Positions 38,691-47,355 of a stretch of 64,000 nucleotides of DNA are shown here, one piece after another (position 1 is the stretch's first letter; each line of letters starts with the position of its first letter). The translations under genes were made by a program, and so were the position numbers. Where the stretch lies: positions 73,853 to 137,852 of the forward strand of contig CAKZZS010000023.1 of NCBI GenBank assembly GCA_937884975.1, read 5' to 3'. Below the pieces are notes generated by a model, which saw only the letters and a program-made list of their open reading frames with translations, was not told where the DNA came from and ran no database searches. The stretch comes from an uncultured Clostridia bacterium (GTDB taxonomy: Bacteria > Bacillota > Clostridia > Oscillospirales > Acutalibacteraceae).

Positions 38691-40580
38691 TTATCTCGTT
38701 TTTTTGAGATATATTGTTGACATTGGCGGAAGGTCGAGAGAAATGCTGTTTTCAAGTCCGTGCATCGGCGTGTTGCTGGTTTTGATTTTATCCTTATTGC
38801 CTTTGCCCTCGCCGCCGAATTCGGCGCTGTCGGAATTGAAAACTACCTTGTAGTTGCCCTTTGAGGGAACGCCTATGCAGTAATTGTTTCTCTCAATATT
38901 AGTAAAGTTGCAGACGGCGATTACCTCCTTGCCCTTTTCGTCAATACGTCGAAAGGCAATAACGGAGTTGTCCGTGTCGTCGCTCGAAATCCAGGAAAAG
39001 CCTTCCCACGAATAGTCTATTTCCCAGAAGGAAGGATTATGTTTGTAGAAATTGTTGAGCTGCTTTACATATTCCTTTAACTGACGGTGCTTTTCATAGT
39101 CAAGCAGCAGCCAGTCAAGTCCCTTTTCGTAATTCCACTCAATAAACTGACCGAATTCGCTTCCCATAAACAAAAGCTTTTTGCCGGGATGAGCGTACAT
39201 ATATCCGAGGAACGCCCTTACTCCGGCAAACTTTTCTTCATAAGAGCCGGGCATTTTATCTATAAGCGACTTTTTGCCGTGAACAACCTCATCGTGAGAA
39301 ATCGGAAGCACAAAGTTTTCCGAAAACGCGTAGAAGAAGGAGAAGGTGATACAGTCGTGGTTATACTTTCGGAAATAACCGTCAAGTGAGAAATAACGTA
39401 AAATGTCATTCATCCAGCCCATATTCCACTTGAAATTAAAGCCGAGTCCGCCCATAAATACGGGCTTTGAAACCATCGGCCACGCCGTGCTTTCTTCGGC
39501 GACCATCATCACGTCGGGATAGTCCCTGAATATGTTTTCGTTAAGCTTTCTTAAAAACGCAACCGCTTCAAGATTTTCGTTTGAGCCGTTCTGGTTGGCT
39601 ACCCATTCGCCGTCTTTTCTGTCGTAGTCAAGATAGAGCATTGATGCGACGGCGTCAACGCGCAGTCCGTCAATATGGAACTTGTCAAGCCAGTAAACCG
39701 CGCTTGACATAAGGAAGGACTGAACCTCGTTTCTTCCGAAATCGAAAACTCTTGTGCCCCACTGCTTATGCTCGCCCTTTCTGACGTCCGCATATTCGTA
39801 GCAGGGAGTTCCGTCAAACTCATAAAGTCCGTTTGCATCCTTCGGGAAATGCGCAGGCACCCAGTCAAGGATTACGCCGATGCCGTTCTGGTGGAATTTG
39901 TCAATAAGATACATTAAATCCTTCGGCTCGCCGTAGCGCGAGGTCGGCGCAAAATAACCCGTAACCTGATAGCCCCAGCTTCCGTCAAAGGGATACTCCG
40001 AAAGCGGCATAAACTCGACGTGAGTGTAACCCATGTCCTTAACATAAGGCACAAGCTCATCCGCAAGCGCGCGGTATGAAAGGAAATTTCCGTCCTCATA
40101 TTGCTTCCAGCTGCCTGCGTGAAGCTCATAAATGCTTACGGGCGAGGAATAAATCCTCTTTGAAGCTCTGTCCTTTAACCATTTTTCATCGTGCCAGCTG
40201 TAACCGTCAAGCTCGTAAAATTTGCTCGCCGTGCCCGGCCTTGTCTCCGTGTGGAAGCCGTACGGGTCGCTTTTCATATTCAGCTCACCCGAAGGAGTGC
40301 GAATTGCATATTTATATGTGTCAAAGGTTTTTATCCCCTCAACCTGAGCTTCCCAGATACCCGACTCGGTAGCCTTGAACATAGGATTAGCCGAAGAATC
40401 CCATGAATTGAAATCGCCGACTACGCTTACAGCCTGAGCGTTGGGCGCCCAGACTCTGAAAACCACCTTGTTCTCGTCAAGTCTGTGAGCGCCGAGGAAC
40501 TCGTAGGATTTGATGTTGTTCCCCTGATGAAAAAGATAAGCAGGAACCTCAAGAATGTTTTGTTGCTCTTTTGCCGCCAT
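38691..40580 (-). CDS. glgB: 1,4-alpha-glucan branching enzyme
   Basis: 629 aa. GH13 strings [33 protein letters not shown] and [10 protein letters not shown]. Confidence 0.95.
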   Translation of the reverse strand: MAAKEQQNILEVPAYLFHQGNNIKSYEFLGAHRLDENKVVFRVWAPNAQAVSVVGDFNSWDSSANPMFKATESGIWEAQVEGIKTFDTYKYAIRTPSGELNMKSDPYGFHTETRPGTASKFYELDGYSWHDEKWLKDRASKRIYSSPVSIYELHAGSWKQYEDGNFLSYRALADELVPYVKDMGYTHVEFMPLSEYPFDGSWGYQVTGYFAPTSRYGEPKDLMYLIDKFHQNGIGVILDWVPAHFPKDANGLYEFDGTPCYEYADVRKGEHKQWGTRVFDFGRNEVQSFLMSSAVYWLDKFHIDGLRVDAVASMLYLDYDRKDGEWVANQNGSNENLEAVAFLRKLNENIFRDYPDVMMVAEESTAWPMVSKPVFMGGLGFNFKWNMGWMNDILRYFSLDGYFRKYNHDCITFSFFYAFSENFVLPISHDEVVHGKKSLIDKMPGSYEEKFAGVRAFLGYMYAHPGKKLLFMGSEFGQFIEWNYEKGLDWLLLDYEKHRQLKEYVKQLNNFYKHNPSFWEIDYSWEGFSWISSDDTDNSVIAFRRIDEKGKEVIAVCNFTNIERNNYCIGVPSKGNYKVVFNSDSAEFGGEGKGNKDKIKTSNTPMHGLENSISLDLPPMSTIYLKKTR

Positions 40581-40740
40581 AAAAACACCTCACTGCGGTA
40601 AAAATACTTATACATATAGTATTTTAGCAAAACGGGGGTATATTTTCAAGGGCTTTTTGGTTATTTAGTTAAAAAACATTCACAAATTTATTACAGCCGT
40701 TTGTGCAGTTTGTTACAAAAAATAAGAAAAAGGATAAAAG

Positions 40741-40775
40741 AAAAGCTCCTCGCTTAAAGTGAAGAGCTTTTCTTT
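40741..40775 (-). terminator. possible terminator downstream of the HTH/DUF2975 operon
   Basis: Imperfect hairpin AAAAGCTCTTC..GAGGAGCTTTT (minus-strand reading, one mismatch) followed by a T-rich run. Confidence 0.35.
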
Positions 40776-40823
40776 TGCCCGAAAGGACATATTGGAGAGA
40801 TTTCAAATAATAATCCGTACTAT

Positions 40824-40931
40824 CTTGTGCTGACTGCATAATGCGGCATTTATCAAAAGCCTGTTTACAATTCTGCTGCTTTGGGGAAACTGCAAAATCG
40901 ACCTTTTTAAAAGCCGCGCAGTCAGCACAAG
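40824..40931. repeat. long inverted repeat (14 + 5 bp arms around a ~65-nt loop)
   Basis: CTTGTGCTGACTGC-ATAAT-GCGGC at 40824-40847 pairs with GCCGC-GCAGTCAGCACAAG at 40913-40931. Confidence 0.8.
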
Positions 40932-40943
40932 AGCATTTGGGGT

Positions 40944-41162
40944 TCAGTCACCGACGCTTTCATCCGGAACATATTCAAGTATGTCCGCCACGTCGCAGTC
41001 AAGAGCCTTGCAGATAGCTTCAAGAGTGGAAAAGCGTATTGCCTTGGCTTTGCCTGTTTTGAGTATGGAGAGATTCGGCAGGGTAATGCCGATCGTTTCA
41101 CTTAACTGCGTAGAGGTCATTTTCCTCTTCGCAAGCATTACGTCTATATTGACTCTAATCAT
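40944..41162 (-). CDS. XRE-family helix-turn-helix transcriptional regulator (YozG-like)
   Basis: 72 aa: VMLAKRKMTSTQLSETIGITLPNLSILKTGKAKAIRFSTLEAICKALDCDVADIL. Confidence 0.85.
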   Translation of the reverse strand: MIRVNIDVMLAKRKMTSTQLSETIGITLPNLSILKTGKAKAIRFSTLEAICKALDCDVADILEYVPDESVGD

Positions 41163-41179
41163 TTAATCACATTCCAAAA

Positions 41180-41668
41180 TCATATTGTCATCGAGTTTTC
41201 TTCCTGAAGCTCGTTTGCGCGTTTGAGCATTTCAATAAGAACCGAGCAGGCAAGGGTCAGTATCAGCGCCGTAAAGGACACAAGCGCCGAAGCCACCACA
41301 GCCGTAATTGCCGGAGTGCCGCGCGACGCGGTGAACACATAAATGAATACCGCCGCAACAAGGTAAAGCGCAAAAACGGGAGCAGCGCAGTTCCTGGCAA
41401 CCTTGAAACTATAAATATTCGACTTTGAGAACGGTTTGTTTTCAATTACCTTGTTGCAAATTCTTAAGCCCTGGAAAACGGCTATATAGAAAAGCACCGA
41501 GGTAAGATAAACGAAAACAAGAAAAGCAGGTCTTAACGCGCTGAAGCTCTGGACACGGTAAGCGTATTTAATTGAAAGCGGATAAAGCAACAACGCTTCA
41601 AAAACAAACACGGCTGCCGATACAATTACTAACAGCACCTTAAGAGTTTTAACGCTTTTGTTATTCAT
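41180..41668 (-). CDS. DUF2975-like membrane protein (usual partner of YozG-type HTH)
   Basis: Four TM segments and located upstream of the small HTH gene. The start was set at MNNKSVKTLKVLL; the track ORF reaches 41725. Confidence 0.6.
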   Translation of the reverse strand: MNNKSVKTLKVLLVIVSAAVFVFEALLLYPLSIKYAYRVQSFSALRPAFLVFVYLTSVLFYIAVFQGLRICNKVIENKPFSKSNIYSFKVARNCAAPVFALYLVAAVFIYVFTASRGTPAITAVVASALVSFTALILTLACSVLIEMLKRANELQEENSMTI

Positions 41669-41811
41669 AAAACCACTCTTGCCTTTTTTACTTTTTTTCT
41701 TTTTCCAGTTTAAATATATCATCAAATTTATCGTTTGTCAATAAACAATTGGCAGAAATGAATGTTTTTCGTGCATTTTTTGGGAATAATCAAGGAATGA
41801 AAATAAAGTGT

Positions 41812-41847
41812 ATATTTATGTATATTTGCGAATATTTATGTATATTT
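41812..41847. repeat. two perfect 16-bp direct repeats ATATTTATGTATATTT with 20-bp periodicity
   Basis: Copies at 41812-41827 and 41832-41847, in the 630-bp AT-rich spacer between divergent HTH operons. Confidence 0.85.
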
Positions 41848-42111
41848 TTTCTAAAAACACTTTAGTATGCGAAAAAACCGTAAAATGGTATGTAAGGGCA
41901 TATACCTTTACACCGCCTAAAACCCTGTTCAAAAAGTAAAAAACTTTTGGTGAAATCCCGTTTTTTGACATTTTTCGGGACTCAAAAACCGAAAGTTAGA
42001 AACATTTTGAACAGAGTTTTGAACAAACCGAAATGTATATACATTTTTACAGTGTTTATACATTTTTTAATAGTAAATGAGAAAAATCGAAATGAAAAAG
42101 ACGTTAAATAA

Positions 42112-42221
42112 TAGGGGCAGCGTTTGTCGCTCTGTAATAACGGGTGGGCATGGAAACCCACCCCTACGGTGCAAGCGAATAATTATAGTATTCTGTAGGG
42201 GAGGGTCTCTGCGCCCTCCCG
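42112..42221. repeat. REP-like GTAGGGG-hairpin element cluster (locus A: one degenerate unit plus two units with outward-facing hairpins)
   Basis: CGGGTGGGCATGGAAACCCACCCCTAC at 42141-42167 (reverse unit). GTAGGGGAGGGTCTCTGCGCCCTCCCG at 42195-42221. Degenerate TAGGGGCAGCGTTTGTCGCTCTG at 42112-42134. Confidence 0.75.
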
Positions 42222-42350
42222 AAACAAATCAAGATGACAAAACCTAAAATCGACAACGTTTTTTAAATCTTTAATATTGTAAAATGTTTGTCGGTTCTTG
42301 TCGTTTTTTAAATTTCTACTTTAATTCGACAGCGAAAAGCGGCTGTTTCA

Positions 42351-42379
42351 TTGACCTTGTTTGAATGCGTTGGTATAAT
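42351..42379 (+). promoter_or_regulatory. near-consensus sigma-A promoter of the HTH-membrane gene
   Basis: TTGACC, 17 nt spacer, TGG-TATAAT (extended -10). RBS GGAGG and the ATG at 42399 follow. Confidence 0.6.
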
Positions 42380-42398
42380 GAAAACGGAGGCGAAACCA

Positions 42399-44078
42399 AT
42401 GGATAAATACAAATTCGGAAATAAGCTGACCGAGTACCGTACTCAAAAGGGACTCACCCAGGGTGAGCTTGGCGAAATACTCGGAGTTTCAAATAAAGCC
42501 GTTTCAAAATGGGAAAACGGTTCGGCAATGCCTCGCCTTGATATGATGAGCAAAATCACGGATTATTTCGGTGTGAGTATGGATGAGTTTCTTGATATTC
42601 CGTCAGACAAAAAGACAACAGATGAGGAATTGGAACAGAAATACCTGAAGCTGTATAATGAAAAGATGAAAAGGCGGAAGATACTGCGCGGATTACTGTT
42701 TATTGTTTTCCCGAGTATTCTGATAATAACTTTACTTATATACATTTTCGGTCCGGTAATTCTTGTGAAAATGAAATATAACTCAATGTCCGAATACGCA
42801 AAGATTAAACCTGAAAAGTTTGACAGTTATGATTTGGCTTTTGACTACACTACTTCATTTGGAAAAGTTGGAAATGTAACCTTTTCTCTTCCCGACGGAA
42901 CAGAACTTTTCAGGGATGTTTCAAATGTGGAAAAAAGCTATAAAAAGATTTCGGTAAACGGTGAAAATCTCAATGATGAAGAACATTTTGACGTTTATCA
43001 TGTTCTTTACAGTCCTGAAGGCGGAGGGCTTGAGCATTTTGATTATATTCTGAATTGGGAAGACGAATGGTTCAGTGAGAACTATGACGGAAAGCATTAC
43101 AGAATGGGTGACCTGAAATGGCTCGGTTATAATTATGACTGGAAGAATAATATAAAATGTTGCGATTGGAAAAAGGCTTTAATGTCATATAATCTTCTGA
43201 CATTGTGGGATGTTGCCGCACCGATTAGTGACAGGGTTATTGAATACAGCGGTTCAAATGCAAAAGGATTTATTACTGTATGGAATCACAACGGCGTAAC
43301 AACTTATAATGCTGACCTTTATAACGCTGAAGGTGAAAGCATTGGAATTGTATATACCGATGCAAATAAAAATGATACATCCGATTATAAAACGTTTTGT
43401 ATGACACTTAATTCCGTCGTTTTTACGGGAGAGGAAGTTCTTGACGAAGAACAACGCAGTTGGCGTGATGCTTACGATATGGTTGAAAGAGATTGGGACA
43501 GGTCAATGAGATGGAGAGATGACCTTCCGTATGTTACGCCTAACCCCGACCTTGAAATACTTAAGGCAGAGGAGGTTACAACTTACTCACTCAAAGAGGG
43601 AATGACGGAAAACGATATAATAAAAACTCTCGGCGAGCCGAAGGAAATCGAATTTGTGAGCGAAGACGGTTTTAATAAAAAGGTTTATGTGTACGACGGG
43701 GTGAAAATAACGTTTTTAAAGGAATACCTCGGCGAAGCGTATATGGATGAAATCTGGTCGGCTGAATTTACCGACAAGGATGCTCAATTCCCGAGGGATA
43801 TTAAAATCGGTGATTCGCTCGAGAGCATTCTTCTGAAATTGCCGCAGGAGAGGGATAAGGATTACCGCCTTGACGGAAAGGTCTACGGCGACGGAATGTA
43901 TAAGTTCACGGACGGCTTTGCTTATGTGGATGAACAGTTAAAGGACGGTGAGCCGCAGGAGGGCGAGTACCAGCTCAATGTCAGCTGCGGCTACTGGCCT
44001 GAAATAGATTTTATCCTCGATAAGGATCTTAATGTTGAGTCGGTGACAATATTTTATACGAGTAGTGGAATAGGATAA
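42399..44078 (+). CDS. XRE-type HTH protein fused to a single TM segment and a ~430-aa extracytoplasmic domain of unknown function
   Basis: HTH region LTEYRTQKGLTQGELGEILGVSNKAVSKWENGSAMPRLDMMSKITDYFGVSMDEFL. TM segment LRGLLFIVFPSILIITLLIYIFGPVILV. The remainder is unrecognised. Confidence 0.75.
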   Translation: MDKYKFGNKLTEYRTQKGLTQGELGEILGVSNKAVSKWENGSAMPRLDMMSKITDYFGVSMDEFLDIPSDKKTTDEELEQKYLKLYNEKMKRRKILRGLLFIVFPSILIITLLIYIFGPVILVKMKYNSMSEYAKIKPEKFDSYDLAFDYTTSFGKVGNVTFSLPDGTELFRDVSNVEKSYKKISVNGENLNDEEHFDVYHVLYSPEGGGLEHFDYILNWEDEWFSENYDGKHYRMGDLKWLGYNYDWKNNIKCCDWKKALMSYNLLTLWDVAAPISDRVIEYSGSNAKGFITVWNHNGVTTYNADLYNAEGESIGIVYTDANKNDTSDYKTFCMTLNSVVFTGEEVLDEEQRSWRDAYDMVERDWDRSMRWRDDLPYVTPNPDLEILKAEEVTTYSLKEGMTENDIIKTLGEPKEIEFVSEDGFNKKVYVYDGVKITFLKEYLGEAYMDEIWSAEFTDKDAQFPRDIKIGDSLESILLKLPQERDKDYRLDGKVYGDGMYKFTDGFAYVDEQLKDGEPQEGEYQLNVSCGYWPEIDFILDKDLNVESVTIFYTSSGIG

Positions 44079-44099
44079 AATAAAAAATTCATACTTTTT

Positions 44100-44141
44100 C
44101 GGACTTTGTTGCGGAAAACGCGCAACAAAGTCCGTTTTTTT
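44100..44141 (+). terminator. rho-independent terminator
   Basis: CGGACTTTGTTGCG-GAAAACG-CGCAACAAAGTCCG followed by TTTTTTT. Confidence 0.85.
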
Positions 44142-44192
44142 ATCTATGGGTGAAAGCGATATCAATCAGCAGGAAACTAATTGAAATGATTT

Positions 44193-44283
44193 GTAGGGGA
44201 CGGCCTCCCGGACGTCCCGTTGCCGTCGAGGACGGCAATTGCCCGTAAACGGGCAACAGGTTGTCAAGCATGCCAACCCCTAC
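44193..44283. repeat. REP-like GTAGGGG-hairpin element (locus B: inverted pair of units enclosing two extra hairpins)
   Basis: GTAGGGGACGGCCTCCCGGACGTCCCG at 44193-44219. Hairpins TTGCCGTC-GAG-GACGGCAA and TTGCCCG-TAAA-CGGGCAA. CAGGTTGTCAAGCATGCCAACCCCTAC at 44257-44283. Confidence 0.8.
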
Positions 44284-44319
44284 GGAGTAGTTCAAGGCTG
44301 AATGAATACGGGAGGAAAG

Positions 44320-44838
44320 ATGAATAAACAGTTTTCGTTAAATAACAGTGAGCCATCGTCTGCGTGCGAAAGGCTTACAAACAAGGAAAAGGAGTTTTGC
44401 CGTATCTATGCGGAAACAATGGACAAGCGCAGGGCGGCTTATGAGGCAGGCTACAGGCTTTTGCCCCTGAAGAGCGCATTAAAGCTTCTTGAAAAACGGA
44501 GGGTCAGGGATTTCCTTGATTCAATTGAGAACAGTCGTGAGAGCTTTTCGGGCGAGGTTGAAGCAGGCTTTCGCCGTCTTGCATTCGGCTCGACGGCAGA
44601 CGCGGTTAAGCTGCTTTTTGCTCAAAATCTTACGGATGAGCAAATTGAGTCGCTGGACCTTTTTAACGTGTCGGATATAAAAAAGCCGAAGGGCGGAGGA
44701 ATTGAGATAAAGTTTTTTGACCGTCAGAAGGCGCTTGAGGCTCTTAACGAGTTGAGCTCGAACAAGGGTGACGCGGCGCTGCCGTTTTATAAAGCGCTTG
44801 AAAAAGGCGCAAGGGAAAATGAAGAGGATGAGGACTGA
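44320..44838 (+). CDS. phage terminase small subunit
   Basis: LTNKEKEFCRIYAETMDKRRAAYEAGY is typical of the Terminase_2 family. GGAGG RBS precedes the ATG at 44320 (alternative ATG at 44302). Confidence 0.75.
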   Translation: MNKQFSLNNSEPSSACERLTNKEKEFCRIYAETMDKRRAAYEAGYRLLPLKSALKLLEKRRVRDFLDSIENSRESFSGEVEAGFRRLAFGSTADAVKLLFAQNLTDEQIESLDLFNVSDIKKPKGGGIEIKFFDRQKALEALNELSSNKGDAALPFYKALEKGARENEEDED

Positions 44839-46094
44839 TGGGCAACAGGAGGTTTGAATCCTTTTCAAAAAAGCAGATGACCGCCCTGACGTGGTGGTGC
44901 GAGAGCAGTAAATACCGCAGCCGCGACGCAATAATATGTGACGGCGCGGTAAGAAGCGGCAAGACGGTTTGCCTTTCAATTTCATTTATCTGTTGGGCAT
45001 TTTATTGCTTTAAGGATACTTCGTTCGCTTTCTGCGGCAAGACGGTGACTTCGCTTAAAAGAAATGTGATAGTTCCGCTTCTGCCCGTTCTTGAAGAAAT
45101 GGGCTTTAAATGCAGGGAGTTAAAATCGAAGAATCTTATTGAAATAAGTCTGGGAAAACAGTTTAACAGATTTTATCTTTTCGGCGGCAAAGATGAAGGC
45201 TCGGCGGCGCTTATTCAGGGTATGACGCTCGGCGGAGTGCTTTTTGACGAGGTCGCTTTGATGCCGCGTTCCTTTGTTGAGCAAGCTCTTGCGCGCTGTT
45301 CGGAGCAGGATGCAAAATTCTTTTTTAACTGTAACCCGGAAAATCCGCAGCACTGGTTTTACAGGGAATGGATTAAGAAAACCGAAGAGAAAAACGCGCT
45401 GTACCTTCATTTTGTAATGGAGGACAACCCGTCTCTTTCGCCCGAGGTTATTGCGCGTTACAAATCGCTTTACAGCGGAACGTTCTATGAGCGCTTCGTT
45501 GAGGGTAAATGGGTTGCCGCCGAAGGGTTGGTCTATCCGTTTTTCAGCGAAAAATATAACGTAGGCTTTCCCGAGGGCAGGTGTGACAAATTCTTCGTTT
45601 CCTGTGATTACGGTACGGTAAATCCTGCTTCCTTCGGGTTGTGGGGACGTTACGGAGACAAGTGGTTCAGACTCAGGGAATACTATCACGATTCAAGACA
45701 GAAGGGCTTTCAGAAAACGGATGAGGAATACTATTCCGATTTAAAGAAGCTTATCGGAAACGAAAAAATCGACTCTGTGATAGTTGACCCGTCAGCCGCC
45801 TCGTTTATGGAGTGTATAAGACGTCACGGCGAATACAGGGTAGTCCCTGCAAAAAACGATGTCGATGACGGAATACGCAAGGTGTCGACTCTTTTAAAGG
45901 AAAGAAAACTGGTGTTCTCACCCGAATGTAAGGATTCCTTAAGGGAATTTTCGCTTTACAGATGGGACAGCACATATATAAAAGACAAACCCGTAAAAGA
46001 GAACGATCACGCAATGGACGATATACGCTATTTTGTTTCTACTGCTGTCGGTGAGCAGGAAAGCGGATTCTTTGCGCTGTCGGTGGAAAGATAA
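44838..46094 (+). CDS. phage terminase large subunit (PBSX-like family)
   Basis: Walker A GAVRSGKT, Walker B VLFDEV, NCNPENPQHWFY, and a C-terminal nuclease region with DHAMDDIRY. The TGATG start overlaps the TerS stop. Confidence 0.85.
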   Translation: MGNRRFESFSKKQMTALTWWCESSKYRSRDAIICDGAVRSGKTVCLSISFICWAFYCFKDTSFAFCGKTVTSLKRNVIVPLLPVLEEMGFKCRELKSKNLIEISLGKQFNRFYLFGGKDEGSAALIQGMTLGGVLFDEVALMPRSFVEQALARCSEQDAKFFFNCNPENPQHWFYREWIKKTEEKNALYLHFVMEDNPSLSPEVIARYKSLYSGTFYERFVEGKWVAAEGLVYPFFSEKYNVGFPEGRCDKFFVSCDYGTVNPASFGLWGRYGDKWFRLREYYHDSRQKGFQKTDEEYYSDLKKLIGNEKIDSVIVDPSAASFMECIRRHGEYRVVPAKNDVDDGIRKVSTLLKERKLVFSPECKDSLREFSLYRWDSTYIKDKPVKENDHAMDDIRYFVSTAVGEQESGFFALSVER

Positions 46095-46148
46095 ACCGCC
46101 GACAAATAGGTTCGTATGAACTTATTTTAATTTCTGAAAGGAGTGTTT

Positions 46149-47303
46149 ATGAAAAATAACCTTTTTTCACGCTCGAAAAAGGGCAAAAGCTTTGTCGCGG
46201 CGCAGACCGGACCCGTAGCTGATGACCCGTTTTCGGCTTTGGAGAGCTTCATTCCTCCGGCAATTGAGGAGGCGGCTCTCTACGGCGCGCTCAAAAACAG
46301 CGTTCCGATTATTTCCGCCGCTATTACAAAGCTGGTACATCTGGCAGGCGGCTTTAAAATGAAATGTTCAAAGGAGAATTATCAGCCGGTTCTTGACAGG
46401 TTTGTTGAAACTGTTGACGTTAACTCGACGGGCAACGGACTTGACAGGTTTATGGCGGTATTCTTCGAGTGCCTTTTGACCTACGGAACGGCGGTGGGCG
46501 AAGTGGTGCTGGACGAAAACGGTAAAGTAATTCAACTTTACAATACGCCGATTAAGAATATAAAATTACGCAGAAACCCCGTAAATCCAATAAAAGTGGA
46601 GCTTTGCAGGTTTAACGGCATTGATGCCGTACCTGTAAAGTATCCTGACTTTACGGTTGTATCGACGCTCAATCCCGAATCAGGCGCGGTTTACGGCAAT
46701 TCTCTTCTTAAGGGTTTGCCGTTTGTGACCTCGGTTCTTATGAAAATCTACAACTCCATAGGTCAGAATTGGGTAAGAGCAGGCGCTCTGCGTTACGCGG
46801 TTACATATAAGCCGCAAAACGATACGCTTGAAAGAAGTCTTGCAAAGGACAGGGCAATGCAGATAGCTGCGGAATGGAGCAATGCAATGAATTCATCGGG
46901 TACGAAGGATTTTATTGCAGTCGGTGATGTTGATATAAAGGTCATCGGCGCAGACAGCCAGATTCTTGACAGCGAGGTGCCGGTAAGACAGATGCTTGAG
47001 CAGATAGTTTCAAAAACCGGTTTGCCGCCATTTATGCTCGGTCTTTCCTGGTCGTCAACGGAAAGAATGTCCGCCCAGCAGGCGGACGCGCTGACAAGCG
47101 AGCTGTGGGCGTACAGAAGAATCCTTACTCCCGTTGCGGAAAAAATTTGCAATTTGTATCTCGCTCTTTCGGGGTTGGACGCAACTGCAAAAATCGAGTG
47201 GGACGATATCACGCTTCAGGATGAAACGGAGCAGGCGCACGCAAGGCTCTGGAACGCGCAGGCAAGACAGCTTGAAATTCAGTCGGGAGGTGTTGAGGAT
47301 TAA
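46149..47303 (+). CDS. phage portal protein
   Basis: About 385 aa directly after TerL, with an AAGGAG RBS. The size, position and C-terminal ...ERMSAQQADALTSELWAYRRIL resemble HK97-type portals. Confidence 0.7.
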   Translation: MKNNLFSRSKKGKSFVAAQTGPVADDPFSALESFIPPAIEEAALYGALKNSVPIISAAITKLVHLAGGFKMKCSKENYQPVLDRFVETVDVNSTGNGLDRFMAVFFECLLTYGTAVGEVVLDENGKVIQLYNTPIKNIKLRRNPVNPIKVELCRFNGIDAVPVKYPDFTVVSTLNPESGAVYGNSLLKGLPFVTSVLMKIYNSIGQNWVRAGALRYAVTYKPQNDTLERSLAKDRAMQIAAEWSNAMNSSGTKDFIAVGDVDIKVIGADSQILDSEVPVRQMLEQIVSKTGLPPFMLGLSWSSTERMSAQQADALTSELWAYRRILTPVAEKICNLYLALSGLDATAKIEWDDITLQDETEQAHARLWNAQARQLEIQSGGVED

Positions 47304-47355
47304 CAAGTCAATAACAGCAAAAACAAAAAACGTCAGAAAAGTGACTGACGCGGAT

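Noticed and set aside
40669-40839. 56-aa minus-strand ORF (MQSAQDSTDYYLKSL...) spanning the inverted repeat and the terminator-like hairpin
   Set aside because: It has no RBS and is below the track cutoff. Its sequence is dictated by the hairpin and T-run elements, so it is probably non-coding.
41795-41863. 22-codon ORF MKIKCIFMYICEYLCIFFLKTL across the 16-bp direct repeats
   Set aside because: The AAGGA sequence abuts the ATG with no spacing, and the peptide sequence is simply the translated AT-rich repeats.
47134-47355. Upstream part of the protease ORF overlapping the portal gene
   Set aside because: It lies within the portal coding frame, and its translation is basic low-complexity. The start is likely downstream of the portal stop, though the exact start codon remains uncertain.
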